From NCBI GenBank assembly GCA_039583695.1, contig JAVKSL010000008.1:1654-65653 (forward strand): DNA of 64,000 nt. Reading direction: 5' to 3'. Source of the stretch: Acidimicrobiales bacterium (lineage in GTDB: Bacteria > Actinomycetota > Acidimicrobiia > Acidimicrobiales > JAJPHD01). The notes under the pieces are model-generated. The model was not told the DNA's origin, made no database searches, and was given only the letters and a program-made list of their open reading frames with translations. Both the position numbers and the translations under genes were made by a program. The stretch's first letter is position 1. Every line of letters starts with the position of its first letter. Of this stretch, positions 28,297 through 37,609 are shown piece by piece.

Positions 28297-31026
28297 TTAA
28301 GAAATTGAGTCCGTGCCCATTCCATAGAAGCGCCCTCTCACCACCCGGCGCGCCAGCCGGGTGACCCGGCGGTAGCCCTGGCGCAGCTCGGTGGGCGTGG
28401 TGTCGAGGGAGTGCGCCAGGGCGGCGAGACGGTCCGCGGCGACGGGCAGGGAGTCGGTCGGGGCCCCACCCATGAGCGCCCAGCGGTTGCGGATCTGCTC
28501 GCACCGCCGGTAGGCATCGGTGAGCATGGCGTGCTCGGCCCTGTCCAGGGCCCCGGCGGCCGCGAGGGCCGCGAGGGCATCCATCGTCCCTGGTGAGCGC
28601 ACCTTGTGGGCCAGCTGGAGCAGCTGGGCCGTCCACTCGACATCGGCCAGGGCACCGGGACCGAGCTTGAGGTGGAACTGGGGGTCCTCCCCGGCTGGCA
28701 CCCGCTCGCGCTCGATCCTGGCTTTCAAGCGCCTGATCTGGCGGGCTTCGTCCTCGCCAAAAGGGGCCTCCCACACGAAGTGGTCCACCAGCCTGCCAAA
28801 GGCAGCGCCGAGCACCGGGTCCCCGGCAACCGGGCGCGCCCTGATGAGCGCTTGGCGTTCCCAGGTGCCCGCCCAGCGCTCGTAGTAGGCGGTATAGGCC
28901 GAGAGGCTCCTCGCCAGGGGGCCCTGCCGGCCCTCGGGACGCAAGTTGGGGTCCACTCGGAATACCTGCTCAGCCACGTTGGGTCCCCCGTTGAGCAAGT
29001 GCAGCAGTGCCTCGGCTGCGGCCTCACCGGCCCGGTTGTCGCCGCCGTCCGGGAGAACCACCAGCAGGTCGAGATCGCTGGCGTAGGAGAGCTCCGCCCC
29101 CCCAAGGCGCCCCATGGCGATGATCGCCATGGGCACGGGGCGCTCCTGCGCATCGAGGGCGGCTTCCAGGACCGCCTCGGCCAGTGTGCTGAGGGCGGTG
29201 CCGGTCCCTTCAACGTCGTCCAGGCCCAGCAAGTCCCTGGTGGCGATGCGCAGGAGCTGGGTCCGCTTGAAGCGCAGGAGCGCCCGGCTGGGCGACCCAG
29301 CGGTGGAGACCACCGCCCGCGCCCGGTCCACCAGCTCGGCCCGCCCCGCCAGGACCAGCGAGGCGTCGTCGCCAAGGGTTGGGATCAGGGTGGGCTCATG
29401 GCGCACAAGCTCGTGAAGCGGCCCACTGGTGCCCAGTATCCGGCACAGTCGTCTGGCTGCCAGGGGCGAATCCCTGAATGTGCTCACGAGCAGCGCCCGC
29501 CGGTGCGCCCCATCGGCAAGCGTGCGCAGCCGGAGCAGCCCGGCCTCGGGGTCCGGCTCCTCGGAGAGCCACGCCAGCACCAACGGCAGCATCTGGGCCA
29601 TCAGCCGGGACGACCGGGTGAGGCCCCGGGTCAGCTCACCCAGCGCCGCCCTGGTGCGGGCGGCGTCGCTGAAGCCAAACGCAGCGAGGCGCTCTGACAC
29701 TGCGGCGGCTCCCATCGCGGGAGCGGCCTCGGGTGACCCGGCTTGGGTACCCTCCAGCGGTGCCGCCGAGGCTGGCCGTGAGGGCAGTATCGCGAAGGCC
29801 TCCATCAGGGGACGGAAGTACAGCCTCTCGTGAATCTCCCGGGCCGCGCTGCGGTGACGGCGCAGATCGTCGTCGAAGCTGGCGAGCGCGCTGGCGCTGG
29901 CGCGGTCCCGGTAGCCGAGCACCCTGGCCAGCTGGGTCCGTACCGCCGGGTCTGCGGGCACGGCGTGGACCTGGCGTTCTTCCACCAGCTGGAGCCGGTG
30001 CTCCACCTTGCGGAGGAACCGGTAGGACGCCTCCATCACCTGCGCGTCTCCCGGGGAGATATACCCGGCGCGGCCCAGCTCGGCCAGGGCCGCCAGGGTG
30101 GAGGGAGCCCGTAACGCCGGGTCACTCCTTCCGTGGACCAGCTGCAGGAGCTGGACGGAGAACTCGACGTCCCTGATCCCGCCCGGACCGGACTTCACCT
30201 CGCGCTTTGCCAGGCCCCGGCGGGTCAGGACCGCCTCGGTGCGGGCCTTCATCTCCCTGGCCTGGCGGATCTCGGCGACCCCCCAGGGTCGGTTCCAGAC
30301 CACCTCGGCCGCCGCACGGGCAAAATCGTCTCCGAGCGCCGGGTCTCCTCCCACCGGGCGGGCCTTGATCAGCGCTTGGAGCTCCCACGGTTCGACCCAG
30401 CGCTCCCAGTAGGTCATGTACGACGGTAAAGAGCGCACCAGCGCCCCGGCCCGACCCTCTGGCCGCAGCGCCATGTCCACCCGGTAGCACATACCCACCA
30501 AGTCCAGGACGGTCCTCGCGGCTGATGTGGCGCCGTCGTCACCCACGAACATCAGGTCCACATCGCTCGAGTAGTTGAGCTCGTTGGCCCCGAGCTTGCC
30601 CATGCCGATCACGGCGAGGGCGGAGTCCGGGGCCCCGATGAGCAGGGCTGCGCCGATCACGTCGTCCGCAAGGCGGGCCAGCGCCGCCCCGACGATCTCC
30701 AAGTCGTCGAGGCCGCACAGATCCCGCGCGGCGATCCGCATCAGCTCGAGATGCTTCCAGGCGACCAGGCCGGGGGGGCCGGCCGATGGGTCCAGCGATG
30801 GGCGGCGGTCCAGGTGGGCGAGGACGTCCAGAGCGCCCGGGTTGGTCTGGCATAGCCGGGCGATCGAGCGGCTGGCGGCCAGCGCGCCCACCAGAGCCTC
30901 GGCTAGGGGCCGGTTGGTCTCGAGCCGCGCGGGAAGCCCCGGATCGGCCTCGGTCAACCGGGTCAGGACCTGGCTGACGGCACCGGGCGCGGCGGAGCCG
31001 GCAACCAGGCTGGCAAGGGCTCTCAC
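28297..31026 (-). CDS. glnE: bifunctional glutamine synthetase adenylyltransferase/adenylyl-removing enzyme
   Basis: The 909-aa ORF has two nucleotidyltransferase cores (GKLGANELNYSSDVDLMFV and MGRLGGAELSYASDLDLLVV). Each is followed by a GlnE-type helical domain. Confidence 0.9.
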   Translation of the reverse strand: MRALASLVAGSAAPGAVSQVLTRLTEADPGLPARLETNRPLAEALVGALAASRSIARLCQTNPGALDVLAHLDRRPSLDPSAGPPGLVAWKHLELMRIAARDLCGLDDLEIVGAALARLADDVIGAALLIGAPDSALAVIGMGKLGANELNYSSDVDLMFVGDDGATSAARTVLDLVGMCYRVDMALRPEGRAGALVRSLPSYMTYWERWVEPWELQALIKARPVGGDPALGDDFARAAAEVVWNRPWGVAEIRQAREMKARTEAVLTRRGLAKREVKSGPGGIRDVEFSVQLLQLVHGRSDPALRAPSTLAALAELGRAGYISPGDAQVMEASYRFLRKVEHRLQLVEERQVHAVPADPAVRTQLARVLGYRDRASASALASFDDDLRRHRSAAREIHERLYFRPLMEAFAILPSRPASAAPLEGTQAGSPEAAPAMGAAAVSERLAAFGFSDAARTRAALGELTRGLTRSSRLMAQMLPLVLAWLSEEPDPEAGLLRLRTLADGAHRRALLVSTFRDSPLAARRLCRILGTSGPLHELVRHEPTLIPTLGDDASLVLAGRAELVDRARAVVSTAGSPSRALLRFKRTQLLRIATRDLLGLDDVEGTGTALSTLAEAVLEAALDAQERPVPMAIIAMGRLGGAELSYASDLDLLVVLPDGGDNRAGEAAAEALLHLLNGGPNVAEQVFRVDPNLRPEGRQGPLARSLSAYTAYYERWAGTWERQALIRARPVAGDPVLGAAFGRLVDHFVWEAPFGEDEARQIRRLKARIERERVPAGEDPQFHLKLGPGALADVEWTAQLLQLAHKVRSPGTMDALAALAAAGALDRAEHAMLTDAYRRCEQIRNRWALMGGAPTDSLPVAADRLAALAHSLDTTPTELRQGYRRVTRLARRVVRGRFYGMGTDSIS

Positions 31027-31087
31027 TGGGCTCAGTCTTGCCGTTGTGGCCCGCGGTGGCTACCCGAGCCCGTAGCCTCTGGGATTC

Positions 31088-32773
31088 ATGGCCGCTATCC
31101 GCGTAGCTGCCTGCCAGCTCAACCCTGCGGTCGGCGACCTGGAGGCCAACGTGAGGGCGATCCTTGCCGCCCTGGCCCGAGCCGAGGAGGCGGGTTGTGA
31201 CCTGGCCGTGTTCGGGGAGCTGGCGATCACCGGGTACCCGCCCGAGGACCTGCTCCTCAAGGGTGGCTTCGTCGCCGACAATCTCGCCGCTCTGGAGCAG
31301 GTCGCCAGCGCCACCAGGCACTGCGCCGCGGTGGTCGGATTCGTCGAGGCGGCGCAGCATCTGCACAACGCGGCCGCGATCTGCGTGGGTGGCTCGGTGG
31401 TTGGGGTCACCCGAAAGGTGCTCCTGCCCAACTACTCGGTCTTCGACGAGCAGCGGTACTTTGCGCCGGGCGCGGCTCCCGGGCCTCTTTACATCGTCGC
31501 CGGGGTGAGGGTGGGGGTGTCGATCTGCGAGGACGCCTGGAGTCCCACCGGACCGCTCATGGCCCAGGCGGCGGGGGGAGCGGAGCTCCTGGCGAACCTC
31601 AGCGCCTCGCCATTTGCTGCGGGGCGCCTGGCGACGCGGGAGCAGATGCTGTCCAGCCGGGCTGCCGCTGCGTCGTGCCCCCTGGCGTACGTGAACCAGG
31701 TCGGAGGGCAGGACGAGCTGGTCTTCGACGGCGGATCCATGATCCTCGACGCGGCCGGTGGGGTGATGGCTCGCCTGGATCAGTGGGTGGAGGACGTGAT
31801 GGTCATCGACGTGGAAGCGCCACCACGGCCTGGCGCGACCTTGCCCCAGGTGGTGGTGAGCGAGCACCCGCGGGCTCACGCCCGGCTGGGCCCTCCACCG
31901 CCTCGCCACGTGCCACCCGGACCAGAGGAGGAAATCTACCAGGCCCTGGTCCTCGGGACCCGTGACTACGTGAGAAAGAATGGCTTCACCGGCGCGGTGA
32001 TCGGCCTTTCCGGGGGCGTCGACTCCTCGCTGGTGGCGGCGATAGCCACTGAGGCCCTCGGGCCCGACTACGTCCACGGGGTGGCCATGCCGTCGCGGTA
32101 CTCCAGCGAGGGCTCCCTAACCGATGCGGCCGCGGTGGCCGGGTCCCTCGGAATCGAGCTGCGGACGGTGCCCATCGAGCCGGCTCACTCGACGATGTCG
32201 GCCATGTTGGCCCCAGTGCTGGGGGGCCCTCCGATCGGGCTCACCGAGGAGAACCTGCAGTCGCGCATCCGCGGGGTGATCCTGATGGCCCTGTCCAACG
32301 CCCTGGGCTGGATCGTGCTCACCACCGGCAACAAGAGCGAGCTGGCCACCGGGTACTCCACTCTCTACGGTGATAGCGCTGGTGGCTTTGCGGTGATCAA
32401 GGACGTGCCCAAGACCCTGGTGTATGCGTTGTGCCGGCACATCAACGCCATAAAGGGCCATGAGGTCATCCCGGAGGCGGTACTTTTCAAAGCTCCTTCG
32501 GCCGAGCTGCGTCCGGGTCAGCGTGACGACGACTCCCTGCCTGCCTATGAGGTCCTCGACCCGCTCCTGGCCGCCTACGTCGAGGCGGATCGCACTGCGG
32601 TCGAGCTGGTGGCAGACGGCTTCGACCCCGCGCTGGTGGAGCGGGTCACCACCTTGGTGGATCGGGCCGAGTACAAGCGTCGCCAGGGCCCTCCGGGCGT
32701 CAGGGTCTCATCGAAGGCGTTCGGCAAGGACCGGCGGGTCCCGATCACCAACCGCTACGGTCTGCGGAGGTGA
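31088..32773 (+). CDS. nadE: glutamine-dependent NAD+ synthetase
   Basis: The 561-aa ORF has an N-terminal CN-hydrolase domain (VAACQLNP...FGELAITGYPPEDL...ICED). It also has a C-terminal PP-loop (GLSGGVDSS). Confidence 0.9.
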   Translation: MAAIRVAACQLNPAVGDLEANVRAILAALARAEEAGCDLAVFGELAITGYPPEDLLLKGGFVADNLAALEQVASATRHCAAVVGFVEAAQHLHNAAAICVGGSVVGVTRKVLLPNYSVFDEQRYFAPGAAPGPLYIVAGVRVGVSICEDAWSPTGPLMAQAAGGAELLANLSASPFAAGRLATREQMLSSRAAAASCPLAYVNQVGGQDELVFDGGSMILDAAGGVMARLDQWVEDVMVIDVEAPPRPGATLPQVVVSEHPRAHARLGPPPPRHVPPGPEEEIYQALVLGTRDYVRKNGFTGAVIGLSGGVDSSLVAAIATEALGPDYVHGVAMPSRYSSEGSLTDAAAVAGSLGIELRTVPIEPAHSTMSAMLAPVLGGPPIGLTEENLQSRIRGVILMALSNALGWIVLTTGNKSELATGYSTLYGDSAGGFAVIKDVPKTLVYALCRHINAIKGHEVIPEAVLFKAPSAELRPGQRDDDSLPAYEVLDPLLAAYVEADRTAVELVADGFDPALVERVTTLVDRAEYKRRQGPPGVRVSSKAFGKDRRVPITNRYGLRR

Positions 32774-33279
32774 GCCCGCCCTGGTCGATCGAGGGGACAG
32801 CGATCCGCTTGGGCGGCTACGCCTGGGTGGAGCAGCGGCTGTTCGAGGTGCTGGGCGGCCTCGTGGGGACGGCGGGGACGGCGGGGATGGCGGGGACGGC
32901 GGGGACGGCGAAGCCCGCTCAGGTGGCGATGGTCGCCCTGGCGCACGCCAGCCATCACGCCTGGCACGCCGAGATATGGCGGTCACGCATTCCGATCCTC
33001 GCGCACCTGCCGGTGGGGTCGTTGGTGGTGCCTCCGAGGCCGGAGGTGCGCGACATCCTGGAGGGCCCTGGGGAGTCGTTGGTGGCGGTCTACCGGGTGG
33101 TGCTGCCGAGCCTCGTCGGGGTGTACGCACGGCATCTGACCAGGGCCAGACCGGTGGCTGACGGCCCGGTCATCAGGGCACTCGAGCTGGTCCTCGCCGA
33201 CGAGCGGCGCGACCTGAGCGAGGGCCAGGGGTTGCTGAGCCCGTTTGGCGGCGTCCCCTCTGGGGTGGAATGGGACTGA
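32770..33279 (+). CDS. hypothetical protein
   Basis: The 169-aa ORF has a GTG start overlapping the nadE stop. It reads YAWVEQRLFEVLG...ASHHAWHAEIW. I recognise no family, and it contains a 9-bp repeat. Confidence 0.5.
   Translation: MSPPWSIEGTAIRLGGYAWVEQRLFEVLGGLVGTAGTAGMAGTAGTAKPAQVAMVALAHASHHAWHAEIWRSRIPILAHLPVGSLVVPPRPEVRDILEGPGESLVAVYRVVLPSLVGVYARHLTRARPVADGPVIRALELVLADERRDLSEGQGLLSPFGGVPSGVEWD
32865..32909. repeat. 9-bp tandem array, 5 copies (GGGGACGGC; encodes GTAGTAGMAGTAGTA)
   Basis: Read directly. Confidence 0.9.
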
Positions 33280-33403
33280 GGCACTTGACTGTCTCGGTAC
33301 GCTTAGTAGCGATGCTCTGCTGTTGCCGTCCAAATGCCGGGGCGCGGAGATTCGACACGGTGCCGTTGCCCCGTGTGGGGGGTGAGCTTGTGAAAGAGGT
33401 GTC

Positions 33404-34351
33404 ATGGCCCTGACCAAGGAGAGGGTGGAGCGCGACGAGGAGGATCTCGTCAGGCTCTACCTCACCGATATCGGACAGTACCCCCTGCTCACCAAGGACG
33501 ACGAGGTTCGCTTGGCGCAGACCATCGAAGCGGGCTACGCCGCAGCCGCCGAGCTGGACGCCGCCAAGGTCAACCAGACCTCCCCAGCCCGCCGGCGCGA
33601 GCTGCGCCGGGCGATCCGGGCCGGGGACTGCGCCCAGCAGACCTTCGTCCAGTCCAACCTCCGGCTGGTCGTGTCCATTGCCAAGAAGTACCAGGCGTCT
33701 GGCTTGCCGTTGCTGGACCTGATCCAGGAGGGCAACCTGGGGCTCATGCACGCGGTCGAGAAGTTCGACTGGCGCAAGGGGTTCAAGTTCTCCACTTACG
33801 CGACCTGGTGGATCCGCCAGGCCATAACCCGGGGCATCGCCAACACCGGACGCACGATCCGCCTGCCCGTCCACGCGGGCGACACCCTGGCTCGGGTCCA
33901 GAAGGCCCAGGCCCGCCTGGAGCTCAAGCTGGGCCGGCCCGCCACGCTGGTAGAGCTGGGGATAGAGTGCGAGATGTCGGAGGACAAGCTGATCGAGGCC
34001 CTCCGATTCCGGGCCGAGCCGTTGTCGCTGTCGGAGCCGCTGCGTGAGGATGGCGACGCCGAGCTGGGTGATGTGGTGGAGGATCGGCTGGCCGAGTCGC
34101 CCTTCGAGATGGCCGCCACCTCGCTCCTGCCGGTGGAGATCGTCCGGCTGCTTGCTCCCCTCGACGAGCGGGAACGTCAGATCCTGCGGCTGCGCTTCGG
34201 TTTGGACCGGGGCGAGCCGCGGACGCTGGAGGAGGTGGGGGAGCACTTCAACCTGACCCGGGAGCGCATACGCCAGATCGAGGCCAGGGCCATGTCCAAG
34301 CTGCGCCATCCCTCCAGTGACACCGGCGCTCGGGACCTGCTCACCTGCTGA
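33404..34351 (+). CDS. RNA polymerase sigma-70 family factor (group 1/2-like, short N-terminus)
   Basis: The 315-aa ORF reads DLVRLYLTDIGQYPLLTKDDEV, FSTYATWWIRQAITR (region 2) and TLEEVGEHFNLTRERIRQIE (region 4.2). Confidence 0.85.
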   Translation: MALTKERVERDEEDLVRLYLTDIGQYPLLTKDDEVRLAQTIEAGYAAAAELDAAKVNQTSPARRRELRRAIRAGDCAQQTFVQSNLRLVVSIAKKYQASGLPLLDLIQEGNLGLMHAVEKFDWRKGFKFSTYATWWIRQAITRGIANTGRTIRLPVHAGDTLARVQKAQARLELKLGRPATLVELGIECEMSEDKLIEALRFRAEPLSLSEPLREDGDAELGDVVEDRLAESPFEMAATSLLPVEIVRLLAPLDERERQILRLRFGLDRGEPRTLEEVGEHFNLTRERIRQIEARAMSKLRHPSSDTGARDLLTC

Positions 34352-34372
34352 GCCATTAGGTTCACCCATCAC

Positions 34373-34465
34373 GGAGGTGTGCGAGCGCCTGGTGGGCTCC
34401 CCCGCCTTCAAAGCGGGTGGGACGGGTGCTCCCCGTCCGGCGGGTTCGATTCCCGTCCACCTCCG
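34373..34465 (+). tRNA. selC: tRNA-Sec (anticodon TCA)
   Basis: I folded it by hand.
- Acceptor stem: GGAGGTG pairs with CACCTCC (7 bp).
- T stem: 6 bp, so the coaxial acceptor/T stack totals 13 bp.
- T loop: TTCGATT.
- Anticodon stem: CCCGC pairs with GCGGG.
- Anticodon loop: CTTCAAA, identical to E. coli selC.
- Variable arm: 7 bp (GGACGGG pairs with CCCGTCC).
- Discriminator: G.
- Length: 93 nt. The CC of CCA is encoded. Confidence 0.85.
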
Positions 34466-34501
34466 CCGCCCTAGGGCAGCTGGCCTGCTAGGCTGGCACC
34501 T

Positions 34502-34582
34502 ATGAGGAAGCTGATCTTGCTTGGTGGAATCGTGGTTCTTGGGGCTGGCGCACTGGCCGCCAAGAAGCTCCGCTCCAGCTAA
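34502..34582 (+). CDS. possible 26-aa hydrophobic mini-protein (MRKLILLGGIVVLGAGALAAKKLRSS)
   Basis: I found this small ORF myself; it is below the track cutoff. It has one predicted TM helix with a basic tail. Its TAA stop is the first 3 nt of repeat element copy C. There is no clear SD. Confidence 0.25.
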   Translation: MRKLILLGGIVVLGAGALAAKKLRSS

Positions 34583-34613
34583 GGGCCTGCGGGCAACAAC
34601 CTACGGGCCCTTA
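34580..34613. repeat. 34-nt mini-copy of the palindromic repeat element (copy C), able to form a hairpin
   Basis: The sequence is TAAGGGCCTGCGGGCAACAACCTACGGGCCCTTA. It shares the termini TAAGGGCC...GGCCCTTA and the AACAACCT core with copies A and B. Confidence 0.5.
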
Positions 34614-34733
34614 GGGGGGTCGATCAGCCTGGCCCGAGTGATCCTGGGTCAGGACGGCCGAGCTGAGCCGCTGGCAGGTGAGCGCACTTGGGCCCAGGGA
34701 CTTGATCCCTAACGGGGCCTGAGGCTGCTCAGC

Positions 34734-35567
34734 TCATCGGGTCGTGCGTGCCCCGCTCCGCCTGGTCAGGAGTGCCGCACCAGCGGCCGCAACAGTCGCC
34801 CCAATAGCCGCGGCCCGCCAGCGGCTGGCGTTGGTCTGGGGCAGCCATGGCAGCGCGGACATGGTGTCGCTGAGCGAGGCGATCAGGCGGGGATGCAGCC
34901 GCACCGGCTCGACGAACTGTCGGACCTCCCAGCCTCGGTCGACTGCCAGCTTGAGCAGGACCCTGTCCGGGTTGACCGCCACCGGGTGACCCACGATCTC
35001 CAGCATCGGGACGTCGGTGTAGGAGTCGGAGTAGGCGTAGGAGCTCTCGAGGTCGATGCCCCGCTCGGCGGCGAGCGAGGCGATGGCCTCGGCCTTGTAG
35101 GGGCCGTAGGCGTAGAAGTCCATCTCGCCGGTGTATCGCCCTGCGGTGTCGATGCGCGGGACCGAGGCGATCGCGGCGTCGGCGCCCAGGTAGCGACACA
35201 GCGGGAGCACGATCTCCTCAGGCGCCGCGGAGACTATGTAGACCTCCCGTCCCGCAACGTGGTGGGCCCCGATGAGCTCGAGGGCCTCCGCGAAGATGAT
35301 CGGCTCGACGATCTCCTCCAGCGTCTCGGCGACGATGCGGGCCACGCTGGCCTGGTCCCAGCCCTTGCACAAGGTCAGGACCGACTCGCGGATCCGGGAC
35401 AGGCGTTGCTCGTCGGCGCCCAGGTGGAGGTAGATGAGCTGGCCGTACAGCGCCCGCAGCGCGGTGGTCTTGGAGATCATGCCCTCGCGGTAGAAGGGCC
35501 GGCCGAAGGCCAGCATGGAGGCCTTGGCGATCACTGTCTTGTCCAGGTCGAAGAAGGCTGCCTCCAC
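34734..35567 (-). CDS. HAD-IB family hydrolase (SerB-like) with a C-terminal hydrophobic tail
   Basis: I trimmed ORF 34734..36176 to the GTG at 35565-35567 (VEAAFFDLDKTVIAK...). It has the DxDxT motif, SAAPEEIV and YSDSYTDVPML. Confidence 0.8.
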   Translation of the reverse strand: MEAAFFDLDKTVIAKASMLAFGRPFYREGMISKTTALRALYGQLIYLHLGADEQRLSRIRESVLTLCKGWDQASVARIVAETLEEIVEPIIFAEALELIGAHHVAGREVYIVSAAPEEIVLPLCRYLGADAAIASVPRIDTAGRYTGEMDFYAYGPYKAEAIASLAAERGIDLESSYAYSDSYTDVPMLEIVGHPVAVNPDRVLLKLAVDRGWEVRQFVEPVRLHPRLIASLSDTMSALPWLPQTNASRWRAAAIGATVAAAGAALLTRRSGARTTR

Positions 35568-35886
35568 GCCCGTGAGCCTAGGCCAGGGCCACGCCCACCA
35601 GCCGGAGGACCCGAGTTGGTTGGTTTGTCCGGGATCGGCTAGCGTGTGGCGCGTCCTACGAACCTCGGGTTTTGGGGGGCCCCGGAGGCTCGCCTCCAAA
35701 TGTTTGACGATCCAGTGACATCTGACGTAGGATTGCGTCAGCACAAGTGCATGGACTCGCCGCAGGGGGGTGTCCATGTGGCGCAGATTTGGACAAATCA
35801 GGACTATTTGACACACGTGGGCCGGCATCTGATACGGTACCGCTAGCCATAGGTGTAACCGACCAACAGGACGACAGGGGCAACTC

Positions 35887-37560
35887 ATGCGAGCACGTTT
35901 TATTAGGCCAGGCGCAATAGTGGTCATGGCGACCGCGGCGGCTGTGGCCATGGCGGCACCCGCAGGCGCCAGCACACCCGGCAGCTTCTCCGGTGCGGCC
36001 TCCGGTTCGGCATTGACCCTCAGCATCGGCACCGACTCCCTGGCTGCAGGGGTCAGCTCGGTCCAGGGCGACTCAACTCCGGCGGCGAATGCCCTCGGGG
36101 CCGGCAGCCTCAGCGTGCTGGGCGACGTCGCCAAGCAGACCGCGTCGGTGACCGGGGACAACCAGTCCGACGTCAAGGGGCAGCTGTGCGGGTCGGGGAG
36201 CCTTCCGAACTACAAGACCGCCTTCCCGCTTCTGAGCATCGGGCTCGGCTGCTCGTCCAACGTGTCGGCGGTCACCACCACCGAGCCCACCGCCAGCGGC
36301 ACCGGCACCGCCGCAGGCATCTCGGTGAGCCTGGGCGGCCTTCTCAGCTCGACCAACGTCGTGCCCGGCTCGGCCGGTGCCACCAGCCTGCTGAGCGGTC
36401 TCACCAGCCTGCTCAACCTGGCGAACAGCGGCGGCAGCACCGTCACGGGCAGCGGGCTCACCAGCATCCTCGGCGGTGCTGCTGTCACCCCGGCTCAGGC
36501 CACCACGACCACCACGACGGGCAGCGGCCTCAGCGGCCTGACCGGCGGCAGCCTGCTCAGCGGCCTGCTCGGGGGGACATCGGGGACCAACCTCACCAGC
36601 ATCCTGAGCGGAGCGCCCAGCACCGGGATCTCGCTCAGCTCGATCCTCGGCAACCTTTTGAAGAACACCGAGCAGACCCTCGGCATCACCGCCGGCTCCA
36701 CCTCGGCGGCCCTTACCACCTCTGCCAACTCCGACGGCGCGGCTGACACCGCCACTGGCGCCAGCATCAGCGTGCTCACCGTCCTGGGTGGGGCGCCCCT
36801 GATCAAGATCACCGTCGGCAGCTCGGGGGCGCTGGCCACCTTCAACACCCACACCGGTGTGGCCACTCCCGTGGTGAACCCGGCAATCGTGTCGATCTCG
36901 ATAGCCGGTGGCAAGCCGATCACCCTGGCGCTGGGCACCAAGCCGATCACCCTTCTCGGTGGCACCCCGCTGGCCATCACCATCGCTCCCTCCTCGGGGA
37001 CCGTCACCCACAACGCCAACGGGTCGGTCACCGCCACCGCCACCGGGCCCGAGATCGACCTGCTCCAGGGTCTGTTCGGGGGCCCCACCAATGGTGGCAC
37101 CGGTAGTGGCGTCGGCAGCCTCACCAGCATCCTGGGCGGCGCTGCGGTCACCCCTGCGGACTCCACAGCTGCCAGCCTGGGTGGCCTCACCAACCTCCTT
37201 GGTGGGACCAGCGGCCTCACCGGCATCCTCGGTGGTGGCGGCAGCCTCACCAGCATCCTGGGTGGCACCGGGACCGGCGGGCTCACCAGCATCCTGGGTG
37301 GCACCGGCACCACGTCTGCCACCTCCAGCACCACCGGTGGGATCGATGTTACCCTCGCCACTTCCACCGCATCCATTGGTGGCACCGCGGCGGTCGTCAC
37401 GCCTACCACCTCTGCCCCACCCAGCGCGGCGCCGACCACTACCGCCCCGACGACACTGCCATTCACCGGTGAGCCTCCCTGGATGCCCTTCGCCGGCCTC
37501 GGCTTCTTGGCCATCGCGGGTGTTGTGGGACGCCTTGCCCTGAAGTCACGAGTGAGGTAA
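35887..37560 (+). CDS. secreted Gly/Thr/Ser-rich repeat protein with a C-terminal LPFTG sortase sorting signal
   Basis: This is a 557-aa ORF. It has a signal peptide (...AAVAMAAPAGA). It has about 7 LTSILGG-type motifs. LPFTG is at 37456-37470, followed by a hydrophobic stretch and KSRVR. Confidence 0.75.
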   Translation: MRARFIRPGAIVVMATAAAVAMAAPAGASTPGSFSGAASGSALTLSIGTDSLAAGVSSVQGDSTPAANALGAGSLSVLGDVAKQTASVTGDNQSDVKGQLCGSGSLPNYKTAFPLLSIGLGCSSNVSAVTTTEPTASGTGTAAGISVSLGGLLSSTNVVPGSAGATSLLSGLTSLLNLANSGGSTVTGSGLTSILGGAAVTPAQATTTTTTGSGLSGLTGGSLLSGLLGGTSGTNLTSILSGAPSTGISLSSILGNLLKNTEQTLGITAGSTSAALTTSANSDGAADTATGASISVLTVLGGAPLIKITVGSSGALATFNTHTGVATPVVNPAIVSISIAGGKPITLALGTKPITLLGGTPLAITIAPSSGTVTHNANGSVTATATGPEIDLLQGLFGGPTNGGTGSGVGSLTSILGGAAVTPADSTAASLGGLTNLLGGTSGLTGILGGGGSLTSILGGTGTGGLTSILGGTGTTSATSSTTGGIDVTLATSTASIGGTAAVVTPTTSAPPSAAPTTTAPTTLPFTGEPPWMPFAGLGFLAIAGVVGRLALKSRVR

Positions 37561-37609
37561 GTGGGAGTAGACTTCAATACATGGAGTCTTCTACCGTGAG
37601 AGTTGTCTC

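Noticed and set aside
34373-34465. Alternative identity as tRNA-Ser (or Leu), because of the long variable arm
   Set aside because: The anticodon read in a standard 7-nt loop is TCA, which is not a Ser or Leu anticodon. The 13-bp acceptor/T stack and the loop identity to E. coli selC also favour tRNA-Sec.
35808-35838. Promoter for the LPFTG protein gene (TTGACA at 35808-35813)
   Set aside because: No convincing -10 hexamer lies at 16-18 nt. The TANNNT candidate TACGGT needs a 19-nt spacer. This is too weak to report as a feature.
35887-37560. Diversity-generating retroelement or phase-variable target, suggested by the internal near-duplicates in the repeat protein
   Set aside because: There is no reverse transcriptase, no template/variable repeat pair with A-specific differences, and no invertible-promoter repeats nearby.
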